A stretch of 64,000 bases of DNA from Leptogorgia sarmentosa (taxonomy: Eukaryota): NCBI GenBank assembly GCA_964658305.1, contig OZ210885.1, forward strand, positions 16,740,001 through 16,804,000, written 5' to 3'. The first letter of the stretch is position 1. Each line of letters begins with the position of its first letter. Positions 37,988-49,900 of this stretch are shown here, piece by piece. The notes beneath the pieces are model-generated. The model saw only the letters and a program-made list of their open reading frames with translations. It did no database searches and was not told where the DNA came from. Position numbers and translations under genes: made by a program.

Positions 37988-40900
37988 GCTTCATTTTATT
38001 GTATGTGTGTTTGTAAATAGGTTTGCTTTCAATTTCAACTTCAGGGTTTTGTTATTGTTACACGTTTAAAAAGTGTAACTTCCATCAACAAATGTCTACG
38101 ACCATACCAGTAGGAAAATACCGGTTCTCGTCTGATCACCGAAGTTAAGCCTAAGTGGGCAAAGTTAGTACTTGGATGGGTGACCACCTGGGAATACTTT
38201 GTGTTGTAGACTTGCTTCATTTTATTGTATGTGTGTTTGCAAATAGGTTTGCTTTCAATGTAAACTTCAGGGATTTTGTTATTGCTACATCTGGAAATAC
38301 TTTGTATTGTTGTTTTGCTAAATGTTATTTAATGCCTATTTGTAAATATAATTCCTTTCAATTTCAACTTCAGGGTTTTGTTATTGTTACACGTTTAAAA
38401 AGTGTAACTTCCATCAACAAATGTCTACGACCATACCAGTAGGAAAATACTGGTTCTCGTCTGATCACCGAAGCTCGTCTGATCACCGAAGTTAAGCCTA
38501 GGTGGGCAAAGTTAGTACTTGGATGGGTGACAACCTGGGAATACTTTGTGTTGTAGACTTGCTTCATTTTATTGTATGTGTGTTTGTAAATAGGTTTGCT
38601 TTCAATTTCAACTTCAGGGTTTTGTTATTGTTACACTTTTGAAAAGTGTAACCTCCATCAATAAATGTCTACAACCATACCAGTAGGAAAATACCAGTTC
38701 TCGTCTGATCACCGAAGTTAGGCCTAGGTGGGAAATACCAGTTCTCATCTGATCACCGAAGTTAAGCCTGGGTGGGCAAAGTTAGTACTGGGATGGGTGA
38801 CTACCTGGGAATACTTTGTGTTGTAGATATGCTTCATTTTATTGTATGTGTGTTTGTAAATAGGTTTGCTTTCAATTTCAACTTCAGGGTTTTGTTATTG
38901 TTACACGTTTAAAAAGTGTAACTTCCATCAACAAATGTCTACGACCATACCAGTAGGAAAATACCGGTTCTCGTCTGATCACCGAAGTTAAGCCTAAGTG
39001 GGCAAAGTTAGTACTTGGATGGGTGACCACCTGGGAATACTTTGTGTTGTAGACTTCCTTCATTTTATTGTATGTGTGTTTGCAAATAGGTTTGCTTTCA
39101 ATGTAAACTTCAGGGATTTTGTTATTGCTACATCTGGAAATACTTTGTATTGTTGTTTTGCTAAATGTTATTTAATGCCTATTTGTAAATATAATTCCTT
39201 TCAATTTCAACTTCAGGGTTTTGTTATTGTTACACGTTTAAAAAGTGTAACTTCCATCAACAAATGTCTACGACCATACCAGTAGGAAAATACCGGTTCT
39301 CGTCTGATCACCGAAGTTAAGCCTAGGTGGGCAAATTTAGTAGTTGGATGGGTGACCACCTGGGAATACTTTGTGTTGTAGACTTGCTTCATTTTATTGT
39401 ATGTGTGTTTGTAAATAGGTTTGCTTTCAATTTCAATTTCAGGGTTTTGTTATTGTTACACGTTTAAAAAGTGTTACTTCCATCAACATATGTCTACGAT
39501 GATACTAGTAGGAAAATACCGGTTCTCGTCTGATCACCGAAGTTAAGCCTAGGTGGGCAAGTTAGTACTTGGATGGGTGACTACCTGGGAATACTTTGTG
39601 TTGTAGACTTGCTTCATTTTATTGTATGTGTGTTTGTAAATAGGTTTGCTTTCAATTTCAACTTCAGGGTTTTGTTATTGTTACACGTTTAAAAAGTGTA
39701 ACTCCCATCAACAAATGTCTACAACCATACCAGTAGGAAAATACCGGTTCTCGTCTGATCACCAAAGTTAGGCCTAGGTGGGAAAAGTTAGTACTTGGAT
39801 GGGTGACCACCTGGGAATACTTTGTGTTGTAGACTTGCTTCATTTTATTGAATGTGTGTTTGTAAATAGGTTTGCTTTCAATTTCAACTTCAGGGTTTTG
39901 TTATTGTTACACGTTTAAAAAGTGTTACTTCCATCAACAAATGTCTACGACGATACCAGTAAGAAAATACCGGTTCTCGTCTGATCACCGAAGTTAAGCC
40001 TAGGTGGGCAAAGTTAGTACTTGGATGGGTGACTACCTGGGAATACTTTGTGTTGTAGACTTGCTTCATTTTATTGTATGTGTGTTTGTAAATAGGTTTG
40101 CTTTCAATGTAAACTTCAGGGATTTTGTTATTGCTACATCTGGAAATACTTTGTATTGTTGTTTTGCTAAATGTTATTTAATGCCTATTTGTAAATATAA
40201 TTCCTTTCAATTTCAACTTCAGGGTTTTGTTATTGTTACACGTTTAAAAAGTGTAACTTCCATCAACAAATGTCTACGTCCATACCAGTAGGAAAATACC
40301 AGTTCTCGTCTGATCACCGAAGTTAGGTCTAGGTGGGAAAAGTTAGTACTTGGATGGGTGACCACCTGGGAATACTTTGTGTTGTAGACTTGCTTCATTT
40401 TATTGTATGTGTGTTTGTAAATAGATTTGCTTTCAATTTCAACTTCAGGGTTTTGTTATTGTTACACGTTTAAAAAGTGTAAGTTCCATCAACAAATGTC
40501 TACGACCATACCAGTAGGAAAATACCGGTTCTCGTCTGATCACCGAAGTTAAGCCTAGGTGGGCAAAGTTAGTACTTGGATGGGTGACTACCTGGGAATA
40601 CTTTGTGTTGTAGACTTGCTTCATTTTATTGTATGTGTGTTTGTAAATAGGTTTGCTTTCAATTTCAACTTCAGGGTTTTGTTATTGTTACACGTTTAAA
40701 AAGTGTAACTTCCATCAACAAATGTCTACGACCATACCAGTAGGAAAATACCGGTTCTCGTCTGATCACCGAAGTTAGGCCTAGGTGGGAAAAGTTAGTA
40801 CTTGGATGGGTGACCACCTGGGAATACTTTGTGTTGTAGACTTGCTTCATTTTATTGTATGTGTGTTTGTAAATAGGTTTGCTTTCAATTTCAACTTCAG

Positions 40901-43900
40901 GGATTTTGTTATTGCTACATCTGGAAATATTTTGTATTGTTGTTTTGCTAAATGTTATTTAATGCCTATTTGTAAATATAATTCCTTTCAACTTCAACTT
41001 CAGGGTTTTATTATTGTTACACGTTTAAAAAGTGTAACTTCCATCAACAAGTGTCTACGACCATACCAGTAGGAAAATACCGGTTCTCGTCTGATCACCG
41101 AAGTTAAGCCTAGGTGGGAAAAGTTAGTACTTGGATGGGTGACCACCTGGGAATACTTTGTGTTGTAGACTTGCTTCATTTTATTGTATGTGTGTTTGTA
41201 AATAGGTTTGCTTTCAATTTCAACTTCAGGGTTTTGTTATTGTTACACGTTTAAAAAGTGTAACTTCCATCAACAAATGTCTACGACCATACCAGTAGGA
41301 AAATACCGGTTCTCGTCTGATCACCGAAGTTAAGCCTAGGTGGGCAAAGTTAGTACTTGGATGGGTGACCACCTGGGAATACTTTGTGTTGTAGACTTGC
41401 TTCATTTTATTGTATGTGTGTTTGTAAATAGGTTTGCTTTCAATATAAACTTCAGGGATTTTGTTATTGCTACATCTGGAAATACTTTGTATTGTTGTTT
41501 TGCTAAATTTTATTTAATGCCTATTTGTAAATATAATTCCTTTCAATTTCAACTTCAGGGTTTTGTTATTAATACACACGTTTAAAAAGTGTAACTTCCA
41601 TCAACAAATGTCTACAACCATACCAGTAGGAAAATACCGGTTCTCGTCTGATCACCGAAGTTAGGCCTAGGTGGGAAAAGTTAGTACTTGGATGGGTGAC
41701 CACCTGGGAATACTTTGTGTTGTAGACTTGCTTCATTTTATTGTATGTGTGTTTGTAAATAGGTTTGCTTTCAATTTCAACTTCAGGGTTTTGTTATTGT
41801 TACACGTTTAAAAAGTGTAACTTCCATCAACAAATGTCTACCACCATACCAGTAGGAAAATACCGGTTCTCGTCTGATCACCGAAGTAAAGCCTAGGTGG
41901 GCAAAGTTAGTACTTGGATGGGTGACCACCTGGGAATACTTTGTGTTGTAGACTTGCTTCATTTTATTGTATGTGTGTTTGTAAGTAGGTTTGCTTTCAA
42001 TTTCAACTTCAGGGTTTTGTTATTGTCACACGTTTAAAAAGTGTAAGTTCCATCAACAAATGTCTACGACCATACCAGTAGGAAAATACCGGTTCTCGTC
42101 TGATCACCGAAGTTAAGCCTAGGTGGGCAAAGTTAGTACTTGGATGGGTGACTACCTGGGAATACTTTGTGTTGTAGACTTGCTTCATTTTATTGTATGT
42201 GTGTTTGTAAATAGGTTTGCTTTCAATTTCAACTTCAGGGTTTTGTTATTGTTACACGTTTAAAAAGTGTAACTTCCATCAACAAATGTCTACGACCATA
42301 CCAGTAGGAAAATACCGGTTCTCGTCTGATCACCGAAGTTAAGCCTAGGTGGGCAAAGTTAGTACTTGGATGGGTGACCACCTGGGAATACTTTGTGTTG
42401 TAGACTTGCTTCATTTTATTGTATGTGTGTTTGCAAATAGGTTTGCTTTCAATATAAACTTCAGGGATTTTGTTATTGCTACATCTGGAAATACTTTGTA
42501 TTGTTGTTTTGCTAAATTTTATTTAATGCCTATTTGTAAATATAATTCCTTTCAATTTCAACTTCAGGGTTTTGTTATTGTTACACGTTTAAAAAGTGTA
42601 ACTTCCATCAACAAATGTCTACGACCATACCAGTAGGAAAATACCGGTTCTCGTCTGATCACCGAAGTTAAGCCTAGGTGGGCAAAGTTAGTACTTGGAT
42701 GGGTGACTACCTGGGAATACTTTGTGTTGTAGACTTGCTTCATTTTATTGTATGTGTGTTTGTAAATAGGTTTGCTTTCAATTTCAACTTCAGGGTTTTG
42801 TTATTGTTACACGTTTAAAAAGTGTAACTTCCATCAACAAATGTCTACAACCATACCAGTAGGAAAATACCGGTTCTCGTCTGATCACCGAAGTTAGGCC
42901 TAGGTGGGAAAAGTTAGTACTTGGATGGGTGACCACCTGGGAATACTTTGTGTTGTAGACTTGCTTCATTTTATTGTATGTGTGTTTGTAAATAGGTTTG
43001 CTTTCAATTTCAACTTCAGGGTTTTGTTATTGTTACACGTTTAAAAAGTGTAACTTCCATCAACAAATGTCTACCACCATACCAGTAGGAAAATACCGGT
43101 TCTCGTCTGATCACCAAAGTTAAGCCTAGGTGGGCAAAGTTAGTACTTGGATGGGTGACTACCTGGGAATACTTTGTGTTGTAGACTTGCTTCATTTTAT
43201 TGTATGTGTGTTTGTAAATAGGTTTGCTTTCAATTTCAACTTCAGGGTTTTGTTATTGTTACACGTTTAAAAAGTGTAACTTCCATCAACAAATGTCTAC
43301 AACCATACCAGTAGGAAAATACCGGTTCTCGTCTGATCACCGAAGTTAGGCCTAGGTGGGAAAAGTTAGTACTTGGATGGGTGACCACCTGGGAATACTT
43401 TGTGTTGTAGACTTGCTTCATTTTATTGTATGTGTGTTTGTAAATAGGTTTGCTTTCAATTTCAACTTCAGGGTTTTGTTATTGTTACACGTTTAAAAAG
43501 TGTAACTTCCATCAACAAATGTCTACGACCATACCAGTAGGAAAATACCGGTTCTCGTCTGATCACCGAAGTTAGGCCTAGGTGGGAAAAGTTTGTACTT
43601 GGATGGGTGACCACCTGGGAATACTTTGTGTTGTAGACTTGCTTCATTTTATTGTATGTGTGTTTGTAAATAGGTTTGCTTTCAATTTCAACTTCAGGGT
43701 TTTGTTATTGTTACACGTTTAAAAAGTGTAACTTCCATCAACAAATGTCTACGACCATACCAGTAGGAAAATACCGGTTCTCGTCTGATCACCGAAGTTA
43801 AGCCTAGGTGGGCAAAGTTAGTACTTGGATGGGTGACCACCTGGGAATACTTTGTGTTGTAGACTTGCTTCATTTTATTGTATGTGTGTTTGTAAATAGG

Positions 43901-46900
43901 TTTGCTTTCAATTTCACCTTCAGGGTTTTGTTATTGTTACACGTTTAAAAAGTGTAACTTCCATCAACAAATGTCTACGACCATACCAGTAGGAAAATAC
44001 CGGTTCTCGTCTGATCACCGAACTTAAGCCTAGGTGGGAACAGTTAGTACTTGGATGGGTGACCACCTGGGAATACTTTGTGTTGTAGACTTGCTTCATT
44101 TTATTGTATGTGTGTTTGTAAATAGGTTTGCTTTCAATTTCAACTTCAGGGTTTTGTTATTGTTACACATTTAAAAAGAGTAACTTCCATCAACAAATGT
44201 CTACGACCATACCAGTAGGAAAATACCGGTTCTCGTCTGATCACCGAAGTTAAGCCTAGGTGGGCAAAGTTAGTACTTGGATGGGTGACCACCTGGGAAT
44301 ACTTTGTGTTGTAGACTTGCTTCGTTTTATTGTATGTGTGTTCGTAAATAGGTTTGCTTTCAATGTAAACTTCAGGGATTTTGTTATTGCTACATCTGGA
44401 AATACTTTGTATTGTTGTTTTCCTAAATGTTATTTAATCCCTATTTGTAAATATAATTCCTTTCAATTTCAACTTCAGGGTTTTGTTATTGTTACACATT
44501 TAAAAAGTGTAACTTGCATCAACAAATGTCTACGACCGTACGAGTAGGAAAATACCGGTTCTCGTCTGATCACCGAAGTTAAGCCTAGGTGGGCAAAGTT
44601 AGTATTTGCATGGGTGACCACCTGGGAATACTTTGTGTTGTAGACTTACTTCATTTTATTGCATGTGTGTTTGTAAATAGGTTTGCTTTCAATGTAAACT
44701 TCAGGGATTTTGTTATTGCTACATCTGGAAATACTTTGTATTGTTGTTTTGCTAAATGTTATTTAATGCCTATTTGTAAATATAATTCCTTTCAACTTCA
44801 ACTTCAGGGTTTTGTTATTGTTACACGTTTAAAAAGTGTAACTTCCATCAACAAGTGTCTACAACCATACCAGTAGGAAAATACCGATTCTCGTCTGATC
44901 ACCGAAGTTAAGCCTAGGTGGGCAAAGTTAGTAGTTGGATGGGTGACCACCTGGGAATACTTTGTGTTGTAGACTTGCTTCATTTTGTTGTATGTGTGTT
45001 TGTAAGTAGGTTTGCTTTCAATTTCAACTTCAGGGTTTTGTTATTGTTACACGTTTAAAAAGTGTAACTTCCATCAATAAATGTCTACGACCATACCAGT
45101 AGGAAAATACCGGTTCTCGTCTGATCACCGAAGTTAGGCCTAGGTGGGAAAAGTTAGTACTTGGATGGGTGACCACCTGGGAATACTTTGTGTTGTAGAC
45201 TTGCTTCATTTTATTGTATGTGTGTTTGTAAATAGGTTTGCTTTCAATTTCAACTTCAGGGATTTTGTTATTGCTACATCTGGAAATATTTTGTATTGTT
45301 GTTTTGCTAAATGTTATTTAATGCCTATTTGTAAATATAATTCCTTTCAACTTCAACTTCAGGGTTTTATTATTGTTACACGTTTAAAAAGTGTAACTTC
45401 CATCAACAAGTGTCTACGACCATACCAGTAGGAAAATACCGGTTCTCGTCTGATCACCGAAGTTAAGCCTAGGTGGGAAAAGTTAGTACTTGGATGGGTG
45501 ACCACCTGGGAATACTTTGTGTTGTAGACTTGCTTCATTTTATTGTATGTGTGTTTGTAAATAGGTTTGCTTTCAATTTCAACTTCAGGGTTTTGTTATT
45601 AATACACACGTTTAAAAAGTGTAACTTCCATCAACAAATGTCTACAACCATACCAGTAGGAAAATACCGGTTCTCGTCTGATCACCGAAGTTAGGCCTAG
45701 GTGGGAAAAGTTAGTACTTGGATGGGTGACCACCTGGGAATACTTTGTGTTGTAGACTTGCTTCATTTTATTGTATGTGTGTTTGTAAATAGGTTTGCTT
45801 TCAATTTCAACTTCAGGGTTTTGTTATTGTTACACGTTTAAAAAGTGTAACTTCCATCAACAAATGTCTACCACCATACCAGTAGGAAAATACCGGTTCT
45901 CGTCTGATCACCGAAGTAAAGCCTAGGTGGGCAAAGTTAGTACTTGGATGGGTGACCACCTGGGAATACTTTGTGTTGTAGACTTGCTTCATTTTATTGT
46001 ATGTGTGTTTGTAAGTAGGTTTGCTTTCAATTTCAACTTCAGGGTTTTGTTATTGTTACACGTTTAAAAAGTGTAAGTTCCATCAACAAATGTCTACGAC
46101 CATACCAGTAGGAAAATACCGGTTCTCGTCTGATCACCGAAGTTAAGCCTAGGTGGGCAAAGTTAGTACTTGGATGGGTGACTACCTGGGAATACTTTGT
46201 GTTGTAGACTTGCTTCATTTTATTGTATGTGTGTTTGTAAATAGGTTTGCTTTCAATTTCAACTTCAGGGTTTTGTTATTGTTACACGTTTAAAAAGTGT
46301 AACTTCCATCAACAAATGTCTACGACCATACCAGTAGGAAAATACCGGTTCTCGTCTGATCACCGAAGTTAGGCCTAGGTGGGAAAAGTTAGTACTTGGA
46401 TGGGTGACCACCTGGGAATACTTTGTGTTGTAGACTTGCTTCATTTTATTGTATGTGTGTTTGTAAATAGGTTTGCTTTCAATTTCAACTTCAGGGATTT
46501 TGTTATTGCTACATCTGGAAATATTTTGTATTGTTGTTTTGCTAAATGTTATTTAATGCCTATTTGTAAATATAATTCCTTTCAACTTCAACTTCAGGGT
46601 TTTATTATTGTTACACGTTTAAAAAGTGTAACTTCCATCAACAAGTGTCTACGACCATACCAGTAGGAAAATACCGGTTCTCGTCTGATCACCGAAGTTA
46701 AGCCTAGGTGGGAAAAGTTAGTACTTGGATGGGTGACCACCTGGGAATACTTTGTGTTGTAGACTTGCTTCATTTTATTGTATGTGTGTTTGTAAATAGG
46801 TTTGCTTTCAATTTCAACTTCAGGGTTTTGTTATTGTTACACGTTTAAAAAGTGTAACTTCCATCAACAAATGTCTACGACCATACCAGTAGGAAAATAC

Positions 46901-49900
46901 CGGTTCTCGTCTGATCACCGAAGTTAAGCCTAGGTGGGCAAAGTTAGTACTTGGATGGGTGACCACCTGGGAATACTTTGTGTTGTAGACTTGCTTCATT
47001 TTATTGTATGTGTGTTTGTAAATAGGTTTGCTTTCAATATAAACTTCAGGGATTTTGTTATTGCTACATCTGGAAATACTTTGTATTGTTGTTTTGCTAA
47101 ATTTTATTTAATGCCTATTTGTAAATATAATTCCTTTCAATTTCAACTTCAGGGTTTTGTTATTAATACACACGTTTAAAAAGTGTAACTTCCATCAACA
47201 AATGTCTACAACCATACCAGTAGGAAAATACCGGTTCTCGTCTGATCACCAAAGTTAAGCCTAGGTGGGCAAAGTTAGTACTTGGATGGGTGACTACCTG
47301 GGAATACTTTGTGTTGTAGACTTGCTTCATTTTATTGTATGTGTGTTTGTAAATAGGTTTGCTTTCAATTTCAACTTCAGGGTTTTGTTATTGTTACACG
47401 TTTAAAAAGTGTAACTTCCATCAACAAATGTCTACAACCATACCAGTAGGAAAATACCGGTTCTCGTCTGATCACCGAAGTTAGGCCTAGGTGGGAAAAG
47501 TTAGTACTTGGATGGGTGACCACCTGGGAATACTTTGTGTTGTAGACTTGCTTCATTTTATTGTATGTGTGTTTGTAAATAGGTTTGCTTTCAATTTCAA
47601 CTTCAGGGTTTTGTTATTGTTACACGTTTAAAAAGTGTAACTTCCATCAACAAATGTCTACAACCATACCAGTAGGAAAATACCGGTTCTCGTCTGATCA
47701 CCGAAGTTAGGCCTAGGTGGGAAAAGTTAGTACTTGGATGGGTGACCACCTGGGAATACTTTGTGTTGTAGACTTGCTTCATTTTATTGTATGTGTGTTT
47801 GTAAATAGGTTTGCTTTCAATTTCAACTTCAGGGTTTTGTTATTGTTACACGTTTAAAAAGTGTAACTTCCATCAACAAATGTCTACCACCATACCAGTA
47901 GGAAAATACCGGTTCTCGTCTGATCACCAAAGTTAAGCCTAGGTGGGCAAAGTTAGTACTTGGATGGGTGACTACCTGGGAATACTTTGTGTTGTAGACT
48001 TGCTTCATTTTATTGTATGTGTGTTTGTAAATAGGTTTGCTTTCAATTTCAACTTCAGGGTTGAACAAATGTCTACGACCATACCAGTAGGAAAATACCG
48101 GTTCTCGTCTGATCACCGAAGTTAAGCCTAGGTGGGCAAAGTTAGTACTTGGATGGGTGACCACCTGGGAATACTTTGTGTTGTAGACTTGCTTCATTTT
48201 ATTGTATGTGTGTTTGTAAATAGGTTTGCTTTCAATATAAACTTCAGGGATTTTGTTATTGCTACATCTGGAAATACTTTGTACTGTTGTTTTGCTAAAT
48301 TTTATTTAATGCCTATTTGTAAATATAATTCCTTTCAATTTCAACTTCAGGGTTTTGTTATTGTTACACGTTTAAAAAGTGTAACTTCCATCAACAAATG
48401 TCTACGACCATACCAGTAGGAAAATACCGGTTCTCGTCTGATCACCGAAGTTAAGCCTAGGTGGGCAAAGTTAGTACTTGGATGGGTGACTACCTGGGAA
48501 TACTTTGTGTTGTAGACTTGCTTCATTTTATTGTATGTGTGTTTGTAAATAGGTTTGCTTTCAATTTCAACTTCAGGGTTTTGTTATTGTTACACGTTTA
48601 AAAAGTGTAACTTCCATCAACAAATGTCTACGACCATACCAGTAGGAAAATACCGGTTCTCGTCTGATCACCGAAGTTAAGCCTAGGTGGGCAAAGTTAG
48701 TACTTGGATGGGTGACCACCTGGGAATACTTTGTGTTGTAGACTTGCTTCATTTTATTGTATGTGTGTTTGTAAATAGGTTTGCTTTCAATTTCACCTTC
48801 AGGGTTTTGTTATTGTTACACGTTTAAAAAGTGTAACTTCCATCAACAAATGTCTACGACCATACCAGTAGGAAAATACCGGTTCTCGTCTGATCACCGA
48901 AGTTAAGCCTAGGTGGGCAAAGTTAGTACTTGGATGGGTGACCACCTGGGAATACTTTGTGTTGTAGACTTGCTTCATTTTATTGTATGTGTGTTTGTAA
49001 ATAGGTTTGCTTTCAATTTCACCTTCAGGGTTTTGTTATTGTTACACGTTTAAAAAGTGTAACTTCCATCAACAAATGTCTACGACCATACCAGTAGGAA
49101 AATACCGGTTCTCGTCTGATCACCGAACTTAAGCCTAGGTGGGAACAGTTAGTACTTGGATGGGTGACCACCTGGGAATACTTTGTGTTGTAGACTTGCT
49201 TCATTTTATTGTATGTGTGTTTGTAAATAGGTTTGCTTTCAATTTCAACTTCAGGGTTTTGTTATTGTTACACATTTAAAAAGTGTAACTTCCATCAACA
49301 AATGTCTACGACCATACCAGTAGGAAAATACCGGTTCTCGTCTGATCACCGAAGTTAAGCCTAGGTGGGCAAAGTTAGTACTTGGATGGGTGACCACCTG
49401 GGAATACTTTGTGTTGTAGACTTGCTTCGTTTTATTGTATGTGTGTTCGTAAATAGGTTTGCTTTCAATGTAAACTTCAGGGATTTTGTTATTGCTACAT
49501 CTGGAAATACTTTGTATTGTTGTTTTCCTAAATGTTATTTAATCCCTATTTGTAAATATAATTCCTTTCAATTTCAACTTCAGGGTTTTGTTATTGTTAC
49601 ACATTTAAAAAGTGTAACTTGCATCAACAAATGTCTACGACCGTACGAGTAGGAAAATACCGGTTCTCGTCTGATCACCGAAGTTAAGCCTAGGTGGGCA
49701 AAGTTAGTATTTGCATGGGTGACCACCTGGGAATACTTTGTGTTGTAGACTTACTTCATTTTATTGCATGTGTGTTTGTAAATAGGTTTGCTTTCAATGT
49801 AAACTTCAGGGATTTTGTTATTGCTACATCTGGAAATACTTTGTATTGTTGTTTTGCTAAATGTTATTTAATGCCTATTTGTAAATATAATTCCTTTCAA

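Noticed and set aside
31478..48197. Minus-strand ORFs (MKQVYNTKYSQVVTHPST...)
   Set aside because: They are antisense translations of 5S rRNA, lengthened only by the indels described above.
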